A stretch of DNA of 64,000 nt. Source: the human T2T-CHM13v2.0 reference genome, Homo sapiens. Made by a program: the position numbers and the translations under genes. Where the stretch lies: NCBI RefSeq assembly GCF_009914755.1, contig NC_060925.1, one strand, 5' to 3'. The number at the start of each line of letters is the position of its first letter. Position 1 is the stretch's first letter. Below the pieces are notes generated by a model that did no database searches, had not been told where the DNA came from, and saw only the letters and a program-made list of their open reading frames with translations. Shown here in pieces: positions 25,421 through 38,990 of the stretch.

Positions 25421-26169
25421 AGTGTAAGATGTGGCAATACTGGGCCATTTGTTGATATGGCCATACTCAGCTGGAGACGGAGGGCAGTGCAAAGGCTATC
25501 CACTATGACGCCCATCCATTGGTCCTCCATGGGCATTTGAGTTTGTGATCCCCGTGAACATTCCTGAAGGCAAGGACTGTGGCCTCAAACCATTACTGTT
25601 CCCCAGTAGGGGCCACACAGAAGGCACAAAACTTATTTTATTATTAATGAATAATTACTCATATGATACTCAATTATTTAAAGACTCTTTCCCTGGGCCA
25701 GGGCACTGGCCAGGGATATCCAGCCAGCCACTCACACCTACTGCACCTCATGGTAGGAAATATCTCCTGCATCCTCACAGGCCTGTGATGAGGGTCAAAT
25801 GAGACAAAGATGGGAAAGTGCTTTTAAACAAAACCTCAAATGTTTGACTTCATTATTCTCCATTCTGCATCAGGTCCCCTCATTTCCAAAACCTCTTAAC
25901 AAAACATAAACTGAACACAGAAGGGGCTGGCCAAAGAGGGCAGGGTACGCTGATCCCCCGCTCTGTGCCTAGCACTACAGTTTCACATCCGTTATTTCAT
26001 TTAGTCCTTATGACAGTATTATTCTTATTCCCATTTCACAGCCCAGAAACTGTGGCTCAAAGAGGGTGACTGGCCCAAGAACACGCTGCCAGGCAGCCTG
26101 ATGCCAAAGTGGGTTCCCGAAACCTCTATGCTAGAAAAGTAAAAACGCACACGCCTCCTTCCTCGCAAG

Positions 26170-26561
26170 TATTAACGTAAATTAAAATGGAGACCAACCA
26201 TGAAGAATTCCTGAGCAGACAAAACCAATCAGGTATCCTAAGTGACCTAAATCTTGCTTAAACTGCAAACATAAGCAAAATTTAACTTGGGTCATATCTG
26301 ATAAATGCTTATGTTAGAGAGAAATAAAACTTAAGACCAGCCAAAAGCAGTCAATTAACAGACCTTAAAAAAAAAAGGCAATTTTGTAACTGCAAACCAA
26401 TCAAATAATTTCTTTATTTTGCTTCCACATTTTCCCAATAAATACTTGCCTCTGACGTTTTGTCATTGCAACACTAAAGCTCTTTCAGTCTGATGTTCTC
26501 CAATTCATGAATTGTTTCTTATTCAAAGTTCTCAAGATGTGTCTCACATTTTTCCTTTACA
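26170..26561 (+). mobile_element. Solo ERV1 (MER4-group) LTR just inside CASP9 intron 1
   Basis: 4-bp TSD CAAG; ends CA; CCAAT boxes and AATAAA; subfamily not assigned. Confidence 0.6.
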
Positions 26562-26766
26562 CAAGAAACACAAGCACTAACAGTGTACGCTGACTGAGTA
26601 TGGCATGGAATCGCTTTAGCGAACACCCGACTAAGAGGTGTTTGGGATTCTTTGGCTCCGCTGAGGGGTTTGAAGCCACAGGGAAGGCTAGGCTCCCGCA
26701 CAACGCCTCCTCGAGGGGCGTGGGGACCCGGCCGTGCAGCGCGGGGACAGGGGGCCGGGGGCGCAC

Positions 26767-26898
26767 CTGGATGTCCTCGATCATATGGGGCCTGAACAGC
26801 TCGCGGCTCAGCAGGGCGTCCCAGAGCTGGTCCACCTGCAGCTCTTCCACCAGCCGCAGCCGGCACCGCCGCAGGAGCCGCCGATCCGCTTCGTCCAT
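26767..26898 (-). CDS. CASP9: Caspase-9 coding exon 1 (aa 1-44, CARD N-terminus)
   Basis: Translates [44 protein letters not shown]; Kozak GCCATGG; donor CAG|GTGCGC at 26766; 132 nt. Confidence 0.99.
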
Positions 26899-26949
26899 GG
26901 CGAGTAGCCAACTAAGACTCCAGGCCGCCTCAGTCCGCTTCCGGGCCTC

Positions 26950-27900
26950 GGCCGCCCGCCCCAGTCCCCAGGACCCGCCCCCGCCCCAGGGCCTGCCCCC
27001 GCGTCACGGCCCCGGGTCAGTCTTCGCTCCCCACCGCCTCCGGACGCATCTCCAAGGCCTCGCCCCGCCCCCAGGAGTCGCTCTTGCGTCACCGCCCCGC
27101 CCTCAGGACGCACCTCTGCGCCTCGCCCCGCCCCCAGGGCCAAGCCTCCCATCACCGCGCCGCCCCAGAACACGCTCCGCGTCACCGCCCCGCCCCAGAA
27201 CCCGCCCCACGTCACCGCCCCGCTCCAGAATCCACCACTGCGTCCCCGCCCCAGAACCCGCCCCGTATCCCCGCACTGACCTCACGTCACCGCCCCGCCC
27301 CCGCGTTACCGTCCCGCCCGCAGGACGCATCTCCAACGCCTCGCCCCGCCCCAAGGATTCGCTCTTGCGTCACCGCCTCGCCTTCAGGACGCCTCCGCGC
27401 CTCGCCCTGTCCCCAGGGTCAATTCTGGGGTCACCGCCTGTCCCCAGAACCTGCCACCGCGTCACCGCCCACTCCCCGGGACGCATCTAGAAGGTCTCGC
27501 CCCGCCCCCAGGATTCGCTCTGCGTCATCGCCCCGCCCTCAGGACGCACCTCAGCGCCTCGCGCCGACCCCAGAATCCATTCCGCGCCACCGCCCCGCCC
27601 CCAGGATTCAACCCACGCCCCCACCCCGCCCCCAAGGTCAATCTTGCGCCACCGCCCCGCCCCCAAGGGCTAGCCTCGTGCCACCGCCCCGCCTCCAAGA
27701 GCCAATCCCCTCCCCTCGCTCCACCCTCAGAATCGTCCTTGCGTCACCGCTCAGCCTCAGACTCCAGTTCGCACTCTCGCCCCGCCCCCAAAGTCAATCC
27801 TCACCCCCAGGATCCATCCTTCTGTCACCGCCCCGCCCCAAGGCGGCACCTCCGCGACTCGCCCCGCCCCCAGGGCCCCGCCCCGCCCCCGCATCACCTC
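26950..27900. repeat. Degenerate ~30-bp GC-rich tandem repeat array with a ~97-bp higher-order block
   Basis: Recurring (g)cgtcaccgccccgcccccag / cctcgccccgcccccag units; three-unit block starting GGACGCATCT at 27042, 27323 and 27479. Confidence 0.85.
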
Positions 27901-29199
27901 CCCACTCCGGGCGCAGGTGCCCTTTTGCAATTCTGGCACCAGTTCCTGGTCCACCGCGGGCCCTTCGCCAGAATTCACTATAGCCCCGCTTTTACAGAGA
28001 TCCGGAGGGAGTCGTCACACTTCCAGCAAGAGGGAAACCATGAGTGGAGCCGTGATCTGTCCCGCCCATTCAACCTCCTCCGGGGCATGGCTTCCCCTTA
28101 GCCCCCTCCTCCACCCCAAGTAAAACCATAAGCTCCCCTCACCGCCCTTGTGCCCAGATCGCAGTTGACTGTTCCAAACTCGAGTGTCTGATCCAACCAA
28201 GCCCACCTTACACAGTCTTCCATTCCCTCTTCCCTCCCTCCCACCCTAACACCTCCCACACAGAAAAAAAAAAAAACGGCAGAAATCTAGTCCTGTAAAC
28301 TCCCATCGTTCTGAACGGTTCATTTTCACATTTCAAAAATAATCGTTTCTGTTTACTGAGCATTTGCTAAGTCCCAGGCATCGTGCTAGCCACTTTTCAT
28401 GCTTATTTCACTTATCCTTAACTACAATCCTGCCAGGAAAGTATTCCCACCCCCCGCCGGTTTTACAGATGTAGACCCTAGGGTTCAGGGAAACGAATGT
28501 TTAAGGTCACTTGGGTACTAAGTGGCCGAGGCAGGCAGGATTGAAACCCGAACCTGACTCTGTAAGCCACACTCTTAAGAATCCACCTTAGAATATAATC
28601 TCTTGAGCACCAAAACCTCAGCCCCATTCGTTCACTTCTACGAATATTTATTGAGCCTGTAGTCAAACACTAAGAACATGAAGGTGAACAAAACAAAATC
28701 CCTGCTTTTAGAGTTTACATTCCAGTGGAAGGATCAGGTGATAAACTATATCAATAAATAAGACATACTATGTTAGATAGTGATAAATGCAAAGAGAAAA
28801 AAATAAAAACAAGACAGGGAGATATGAAAGCTCTTTATATCCGCAAGGGATCTATCTCATTGGCTCAAAGAAAGTTTCCTTCACTTACCTGTGCCTTATC
28901 CCTCTCTCCACCCCCACCGCCCTTTCCCCGTGCTTAAGGCACAGACTGGTACATTCTTGGGTGGAGCTCGGTTTTCGGTAAACGGGATTAAAAGTCCTGG
29001 ATTCTCTCAAAAAAAAAAAAGATAAGTAAACAAAAATAAAAGGAATGCTGGATTCTAGGCCTTGGGCAAATCTCTGCCCCTCTCTGGACCTCGGTCTCCC
29101 TATCAATATTGCAGGAGTTGGAGAGTTAAAGAATCCCTAAGGTCACTTCCAATCTGACGCTCTAAGGTTCTACGAATAGGGTTAAAGAGAATAGGGACC

Positions 29200-29990
29200 A
29201 GAGAGTGCGTCCCCATCCTAGCAACTGTTGCTAGACGAGGGCCATCTCCCGGTAGGAGCGGAAACACCTTCCTGGATCGAGGAGGTCCTTCTGGTATCCC
29301 ATCATGCATAGCGACTTCGCCTCGCTAGGAGGCACGTTTTGGCCTCTTTGGTCACGATCAGCCTTTTGGCTGCAACCAAAGAGCGCGCCTCGTTTCTATA
29401 GCAACCACCCCAGGTCCACGCCTAGACGGCGAGTGGCAAGGGTCAAAATAGATTCGCCCAGTAGACGCCCTCGACCTGTTCGGTCCTCGCCTTCAGTGCG
29501 ATAGACCTTTAAGCGTCACGTGACTCCCCTCGGGCTTGTCCCCTCCTCTTTCCCCTCCCCAGGCCCAGGCGAGCGCTGGTGTGGACGGGAAGCTCCCGGC
29601 CCGGCGAACTAACTGGAGCACGGAGCTGCAGCCGGTTGGGCCGGTGTACTTTCCCGGTAACTCCTTCCCGGCGTGACGCGCGGAACCGCGGACGCGGCGG
29701 GGCCAGGCCGACTCAGGGATTTCCCCTCAGTTCCTTCTCGTTTCCAGTCACTGCTGGCCCCGGGGGGAGCCGGGAGCCAACAGGGCCGGGCCCTGGGCTC
29801 TCGGAGGGCGGCGGGGGAGGGGGCTGTCTCCTGCAGGGTTGCGACCTCCGGCAGGAGCGCGAGGCGGGGCTTAGACCTGGAGCTTGTCTCTGGGAGCTTC
29901 TTCCTGGTCCTGGATATGCTGCCCAGAGAGCTGGCAGCCTACCTGTTGGGCAGGTGTTTGCTGCTCCGAGGTCGGCGCCGTCTATCTCGC
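29200..29990 (+). promoter_or_regulatory. DNAJC16: DNAJC16 CpG island promoter (divergent to CASP9)
   Basis: CpG-rich; GTCACGTGAC at 29515-29524; X-box-like GTTTCTATAGCAAC at 29392-29405. Confidence 0.85.
29560..29656 (+). other. DNAJC16: DNAJC16 non-coding exon 1 (5' start approximate)
   Basis: Donor CCG|GTAACT at 29657 inside the CpG island; would splice to the exon 2 acceptor at 31786; TSS cannot be fixed from sequence. Confidence 0.7.
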
Positions 29991-30835
29991 ATGTCAGCTA
30001 AAGAACTTCCCAGACCACCGCCACTTCGGCCCTCTAGCTGGAAGGAACTGACATGGTTAAATAAGGCAGCGATCGTACTGCATGGTAGAAATAATAGCAC
30101 TAACGACCATTTGTTGACTGTTGACTCTGGGCTCAGTAAACCCTTTACATGCATTTAGTCCCCACATGATGATCCTTCAAGGTGGTAGTATTCATTCCCA
30201 TTTTATGAATAAGGACGCTGATGCTTAGTAAGTTTAAATAATTTGCCCAAGGTAATAAAGTAGTGGAGAATAGATCCTAGTCTTCAACCCATATGCTTAA
30301 CCAGTAGCTACATTGCCTTCACGTGTTTTCTAGGATATAATAGGTTGCCTTAACAAAGAAGAAACTGGTTTGTTTTAGGATTTTATTCAGCACGTATGCA
30401 ATTTTAAACGTTGGTCATCAGATTAGTCAATTTTGTGAGGACTCCCAGGCGGCATTAAACTTGCACTTACGGAAATCCACCACTGTTATAGCTTTGCCCT
30501 TCTTCAGTAAGGTGTCACAGAAGACACTTGAACCTTAAAACTGTATTAACTTGTGAGAAATCAAGATAAATGTGTTCCTTGAAAAAAAACATTGTAGGGT
30601 ATAACAGCAATCATAATTGTGGAGTATAAATATCTGCAGTTCCAGCACTACCCTGTTCATTAACCAGCCAGGATTATTTCCAAAATTCACAATGAATTAA
30701 GTCACTGTACTCACCAGAGATGGAGCTTGAAACTTTTAAAGACCACGCCTGCTATTTGGTCTTTGCCGTTAATTCTTCTTCACATGTAAAACTAAATTTT
30801 TTCTTGCCGCTTTTTCTCATCTGAGGTTTCCATTA

Positions 30836-30982
<147 letters not shown>

Positions 30983-30989
30983 TTAGCTA

Positions 30990-31157
<168 letters not shown>

Positions 31158-31803
31158 TTACTAATGATTAAAGAGCAGCTTCTCATTTTCTTGTTTGAAT
31201 GGTGTGGTGAGAAAGAATAGAATTGAGGCATACTGCGTCTTAACTACACAGTTTTTTGAGAGTGTTTCACGTCCATGTTTGTACTTATTTAATGCCCAAG
31301 AATGCCACAACTATCTCATTTTGTAGTTTTGTACATGGTAAATCTTACAGTTTCATGAGTTTGTTTAACATGTACTCAATGAAGTATTCTTAAACCATTT
31401 ATTTTATTTATTCTTATCAGAATAAATGAAATCATGTATTTGAGAGGTAGTCGTCCTGATTATCCTATTTAGGTTTTCTCTCATTTATGTATTATTTCTG
31501 CATCCCATTCATTTTCATTCATTTCTAAAGCTTTTCTAGTCAAAGTGTTCTGGAGAGTTGCTATTCTTATTACTCATCTTTTCATCTGTAATAGTTCTCA
31601 TTTGTGATATTCAAAAGCAGTAGCGAGATTTTTATTTTAAGATACAGTTCAACAGCTTGACACTTTTCCTGCAAAATACCTTTTGTTGGTTTTGTTTTTC
31701 ATCTATATATCTTATACCTTTACCTAAAAAGCAAGACTGTCCAGGTTTCTGCCACTGAAACTCATTGCCTCTTCAATCATTTCAGCTCTGGAAAGGAAGA
31801 GAA

Positions 31804-31970
31804 ATGGAAGTGAGAAAGTTGAGCATTTCCTGGCAGTTCTTGATAGTTCTGGTTCTGATCCTGCAAATTCTGTCTGCGTTGGATTTTGACCCATACAGAG
31901 TCCTAGGGGTCAGCCGAACAGCCAGTCAGGCTGATATTAAAAAGGCTTATAAGAAGCTCGCCCGGGAATG
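31804..31970 (+). CDS. DNAJC16: DNAJC16 (ERdj8) exon 2 coding part: signal peptide and J-domain start (exon begins 31786)
   Basis: MEVRKLSISWQFLIVLVLILQILSALDFDPYRVLGVSRTASQADIKKAYKKLARE(W); acceptor TTTCAG; donor TG|GTAGGT; 167 coding nt. Confidence 0.97.
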
Positions 31971-32453
31971 GTAGGTGAAACAAAGAAATAGAGGTTTAAC
32001 ATAAGCTAAACAGTCTTAGCAGGGATGAAGTCTAAATTATGACTAGCTTTTATTTGTCTCTGTTTCTATGTTCAATATATATATCTGTCTAAAATATTTT
32101 ACGCAGGAGAGCTAATGTTCATGTTCTATAATTGTTAGCGATAAGATCCAAAGCCTATGTTTACTCTGAAACTCCCTTTTAGGAATACTTTGGCTTAAAG
32201 AATTGCCTTAGATACTGTTAGCATATTTAATGTTAAAGTAACAAGTTTTAATTTTAAAAAAATGTATATATAGTCAATAATGGATATGCTACCCTTCCCA
32301 TGATACATTATTCATAAAGTAACTTTATGAGTGTAATTGCTAAACAGGAACACTATACAACCCTATTCTCTAAATTATTAATTTCTACACTTTGAAAAAA
32401 AGTTAAGAGTAATAGCCTTTTGCCTCCAAAAAAAAAAATTCAGAAACCAAGGA

Positions 32454-32810
32454 TAGTTGTCTCTTGATATCCATGAGGTCTTGGTTCCAGGATCCCCAGA
32501 AATACCAAAGTCATTGGATGCTCAAGTCCCTATATAAAATAGCATAGTATTTGCATATAATCTATGCACGTCCTCTCATATACTTTAAATCATCTCTAGC
32601 TTACTTATAATACCTAATACAATGTAACTGCTGTGCAAATGGTTGTTATACTGTTATTGTTTAAGGAATAATGACAAGAAAAAAGTCTGTACATGTTCAG
32701 TACAATGCAATTTTTTAAAAATATTTTTGAATATTTCAAAATAGAAAATATTATATTTTGGTTGGTGGAATCCATGGATGTGAAACCAACAGATATAGAG
32801 GGCTGACTAT
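32454..32810. mobile_element. MER2 (Tigger-type) DNA transposon fossil
   Basis: ggttccaggatcccc...gctcaagtccc...gagggctgactata with degenerate TIRs and TA flanks. Confidence 0.8.
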
Positions 32811-32816
32811 ATATTA

Positions 32817-33056
<240 letters not shown>

Positions 33057-33374
33057 TTACAGAAAATTGTAATTTTGCCTGTAGTTATCAGGATAGCAAT
33101 TAGCAGGGTAGCAATAAATCTAAAACTTTGGACAAATATCATCAGTTTCTTCCACCAATGCCTTGGCCATGCCAAAGAAGCAGAAGTGTTGGATTATATA
33201 GATGGAGGGGGAGCAGCAGAAGGAGGAAAGGACAGAGGTGACTCCAAGCTGGCTGTACCAACCATGAGGAATGGAAGAAAGTTTGGGACAGGTACCATCA
33301 CTGAGCACCTACTACATGCTAATCTCCTGGTTCTATACTTTTTATCTCATTTAAACCTTATAATGAGCCTATGA

Positions 33375-33704
<330 letters not shown>

Positions 33705-36105
33705 TGAGAAGATGGAGGCTTAGAGTTGGTAAATCTGTGGTACCTCTGGGTTCCGTAGTTTGACCCTCTGCATCAGTAGTCCATTGCTTTATTGTTTTTT
33801 AATCATTTACACATCTAGGCATGAGTAAGGGTGAGTGGGCTAATGGTTGGCTGGGGAGGAGCTGAATGCGAGTAGGAAGTTATCCAGAAGCAAAACTGCC
33901 ACATTGAGGTGATGCATGGTACAGACTGCATGCGTGACTGCGCCTGACACTGTTCTGCTTCAGTGAACAGGTATATTTTAGCATTAAACTGGTTGAAATA
34001 AAGGTAAAGATCATTGAAAATATATTTTTAAAATAAATGTTTTAGACCATATTCCATGAGAAATCCAGAATTGGATGCCAAAGAAGCAATCTCTAATTAT
34101 ACATGACCTCCTTCCAGGGACTCTTTATACCAAGGTTATGTTCTACATCATTTCAGACTCTTGCCTCTTTATGTTTAAAGCAGGATATATAAATCTGCAG
34201 CAAATTCATAAGGTAACAACATTCTTTTGGACAAGGCATAGCCTTTGACAATATTTTAAGAACACAAGTGACAGCTTGAGTATGTGGGACCTATTAAAAT
34301 GTATAGCTTTGACTTTTCTGTCTTCCAGAGCTGAAAAGGGTGTTATGATATTAATTAAATGAGTCATATTCTTCTCTTTTTTAATTAGATTCTCTCTAGG
34401 AATAATTCATCACCATAGAAGTGTATTGAGTGTGTCATCCAGTAAAAGTCTAAAATTTTACTTTACGTTTTTAATTTTGCTCTACTATTATTTTCTGCGG
34501 TTTTGGCTATGACAATGCTTTGTCACTTGGAATAGTTTAAGTTTTGCTTACTAATGGCTTGATATACACTGAAAATAGCAGTGTTTCCCAGTTTGACTTT
34601 TCAGAATGAGCTATAGCAGGGGGAAGTGGTTACTTGTTGAGTTGGATCTGGAGCCTTCCTCTGATACATTTTACTAAGTGTTTCTTAGACTGCTTAAGAA
34701 TTTTACTTTGCTTGGTGAAACCATTTGACTTTACTTTTTCCCTTAGGAAAACTATGTTTTTCTCCCAATAATTAAGTTTTATCGTAGGTACTTTTTGTTT
34801 GTTATCCACATTAGCAAAAGAAATAACTCCTCCCACCCAAAGAATGGCAGATTGGTGTGACGTGGTTATGCAATAAACTAACAGTAAATTATTTTGTGTA
34901 ATTCTTTGCTGTATTACCTTCTCTATCTTTGTTTTTATTCCTTTAAGAGGTAACTAGAGAGCCAGTAGATACTACACGCAATATTTCCTCTACTTTGAAT
35001 TTTAAAGATTGTGTATTATATTGCAGTTCCTGAAATAATTTCATATTAACTGAAAATAGCATTGGACAATACTTTCCTATGGCTGAATTTTTTTTTTTAT
35101 GTTTTCAACCTTGTGGTGTCTTCCCACAATTAGGAAAGTATTCCGTATGAATACAGCTGAAAGTGCTGTGGTTTCCTCCCTGTTCTTCAGCCTTGCCCTC
35201 CTCTGTTTCAGGATCTGTGTTTTCTAACCTAGCTGCCCTCAAGACTCTCTCTTTGGTTCATTCTCCTAAAAAGCCCCTTCCTACCCTTCTTCTACAGAGT
35301 TCTATATGTTAAATCTTCATTTGTATGATTGCATAATTTTTGATCCACTCAGTCGTCAGCCTGATGGTTTGGTTGATGGGTTGGTTTTGTTGGTATTTTT
35401 GTGTTTTTTTTTGTCATCCAGAAATGCTTTGGAGTCTCCATCTCGTTTCCTTAAGTCATGCTGTTTTCATTATGACTAGCTGAGATTTTTTTCCCCCACT
35501 AATACTCATAGCAAGGATTAAATGGTTAAGGAAGGAATGATTTTTAAACTCAGCAGTCAACAATTTGGAGTTTCCTTATTTGTAGAGAAATCAGAATATG
35601 TGGTATAATTCATTCAAACACATTCCTGCTAGAATAAATCCATTAAGTTGTAGATTTTTTTTTATTCCAATGTGCTTGGTGTATCCTTAATAGTCATTTG
35701 CTTCCCAGTGAATTGTTTTTCTTTCCAGAACCTATGTCAGAGGAAATTTACTAGAAGTTACCAAAAGTGATTATGTAAAGAATACTGTCATACAAAGTCT
35801 CTTAAAGTGAACATTGAAAAATCAGTCCATATAAAACACTGATTTAGGTCTTAGGGGCTTTCAAGGAATTAAACCTAGCCCTTACTATCGAGAACTTTAA
35901 AATCTCCAAAGCTGGCCGGGTGTGGTAGCTCACACCTGTAATCCCAGCACTTTGGGAGGCCAAGGCAGGAGGATGGCATGAGTCCAGGAATTTGAGACCA
36001 GCCTGGACAACATGGCAAAAAATGTTAAACATGTGGCATTGAGGCCGGGCGTGGTGGCTCACGCCTGTATTCCCAACACTTTTGGAGGCCGAGACAGGTG
36101 GATCA

Positions 36106-36465
<360 letters not shown>

Positions 36466-36934
36466 TTAGTCTATCCTAAAAGCTATTTCTCATGTCTACC
36501 TGTGTTATCAGAAGAAACAACAGCATTCTAGCATCCTGATATCATTCTAGCATTGGGATGAAACGTTGCCATCCTAGGAGAAGACATGGGTTCTTATGGA
36601 TAAACGACTTAGCCTTCAGCCAGCTTTAGCAGTGTTTGGGAGCAGTGTACAGACATGCACCATTTCCCACCTTCCTCTGTGAAATGCTGCAGTATTATAT
36701 GGTGCTTTGAAAACATGCCCTGCTGGAGTGCTTTGGGAAAAAATAGCCTGTTTCAAAGTTTCATTTATTATAGTCATGTAAAACAACTGATTGCCTCTAT
36801 CATTTATTTTAAGAAACTTTCCTAACAAAATAGCCCTCCGTCTGCCTCTGTAGTGAACTCTGTGGACAAGGACATTAAATGACTGTGCATTAAAAGTTAC
36901 ATCCTTTCTCACCGCCTGCCTGTTTGTGTTTCAG

Positions 36935-37001
36935 GCATCCTGACAAAAACAAAGATCCTGGAGCAGAAGACAAGTTCATTCAAATCAGTAAGGCTTACGA
37001 G
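36935..37001 (+). CDS. DNAJC16: DNAJC16 exon 3 (J-domain HPD motif)
   Basis: (W)[22 protein letters not shown]; TTTCAG acceptor; donor GAG|GTATCG; 67 nt; not in the ORF track. Confidence 0.97.
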
Positions 37002-38750
37002 GTATCGTGTCCAGCTTTGTGATGCATCCATTAGCTCTTACAAAATATGCCTTAGGAGGTGATGAGTTTTGTAAAGTTGTCAGAAAGGTCATGTTCCCCA
37101 TGCCCTTGATGCAGTTTCTAGATTATAATAGAGAGAACAGGCTGGATGCGGTGGCTCATGCCTGTAATCCCAGCACTTTGGGAGGCCGAGGTGGGTGGAT
37201 CACGAGGTCAGGAGTTCGAGACCAGCCTGACCAACATGCTGAAACCCTGTCTTTACTAAAAATACAAAAAAAATTCGCCGGGCGTGGTGGCACGTGCCTG
37301 TAATCCCAGCTACTCAGGAGGCTTAGGCAGGAGAATTGCTTGAACCCGGGAGTGGGAGGTTGCAGTGAGCAGAGATCGAGGCCTGGGTAACAGAGGGAGA
37401 CCGTCTCAAAAAATAAAATAAAATAAAAAATAATAGAACATATTTGGCCACATCCAGTATATTGGAACAAGTGCCTGAACACTTCAGCTCTTGGAAAAAC
37501 TGGCCTATTTTAAAGGCTTTAACTAGAATTGTAGAATTACCCTGAGTATGTCTGTATGTGTCACTATTGCCTTCTTAGAAATATGCATTAAAGAATCACA
37601 TACCAAATCGCCTATATTTATTAAAGTGGCACGAGGTAACAAATACATTTAAACACAAGATTTTCAGTAATTTTCCAGTATGTCAGCTCAAGTAGATTGG
37701 TCTGGAATATGCATCAAAGAGAATTCAGTGGCTTTCTGATTTGTATAGGGAATGCCCTTCAGCAGACAGTGCTTAGCTCATAGAATAACACGTCATCATT
37801 CTAAAACAGATTCCTGAATTTTAGACTTCAAAGTTATTTTGTAAAACAAAGTAAATTAACAGACAAGGCACTAGACTATAGCTATTTGGTGTTCATAGCT
37901 TTTCTTATCTTGGTTTGAATTGGTCCAACTCACCAGGTATGACCAGGTCAATTTTCTTGTCATTGAGCCCTGGTGATCAACATTATGTTATTTTATTTGT
38001 TTTGCTGAAGTGTTTAATGTTGTGGTAGTTTGAAATCTTTAATGCCAAGATGAGCATGAGTACCTAAACTGAAATATTTTAGTCTTGAATGTTCTTTAAT
38101 GTTTCTCTAGTGAAAGAAGAGTTTCTCATTCTTTTGAATGACTGCATTTAGAATATCTAATCGGCTGGACCCAGTGGCTGCTCACGCCCTGTAATCCCAG
38201 CACTTGGGGAGGCTGAGGCATGCAGATCGCTTAAGCTGAGGAATTCAGGACCAGCCTAGACAACATGGTGAAAAATACAAAAATTAGCCAGGCATGGTGG
38301 CATGTGCTGATGGTCCTAGCTACTCAGGAGGCTGAGATGGAAGGTTGACCCTGAGAGATGGAGGCTGCAGTGAGCTGTGATCACGCCACTTCACTCCAGC
38401 CTGGGTGACAGAGTGAGACTCTATCTCGAAAAGAAAAAGAATATCTAATTATGTCATAATCTTTTTTCTTTTTTCTTAAGAGACAGTCTGTCTCTGTCAC
38501 CCAGGCTGGAGTACAGTGATGCGATCACAGCTCACTGCAGCCTTCAACTACTGGGCTCAAGCAATCTCCCACTCACCTCACCCTCCCAAGTAGCTAGGAC
38601 TATAGGCACGCACCACCATGCCTGGCCGATTTTTTTTTTTCTTTTTGTAGCAAAGTCATGCTATGTGGTCCAGGCTGGTCTTGAACTCCTGGCTTCAAGG
38701 GATCCTCCAAACCTTGGCCTCACATAATCGTGTCATAATTTTTACATTTC

Positions 38751-38787
<37 letters not shown>

Positions 38788-38790
38788 TGA

Positions 38791-38990
<200 letters not shown>

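Larger units (their letters stand above)
26690..27960 (-). promoter_or_regulatory. CASP9: CASP9 CpG island / TATA-less promoter with many GC boxes
   Basis: Very high GC and CpG density around exon 1; ETS-type CCGGAAG on the minus strand near 26937-26943; many GGGGCGGGG motifs. Confidence 0.9.

Noticed and set aside
26950-27900. CRISPR-like repeat/spacer appearance
   Set aside because: Units are degenerate and the intervening parts are related to each other; eukaryotic promoter context with no cas genes
26600-27983. Long plus-strand ORFs (296 aa and 299 aa), Pro/Arg-rich
   Set aside because: By-products of the C-rich repeat array, which lacks stop codons; repetitive low-complexity translation (RHRPAP) with no recognisable domain
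29579-30158. ORFs of 140 and 161 aa at the DNAJC16 5' end
   Set aside because: CpG-island artefacts crossing or following the exon 1 donor; GTG starts
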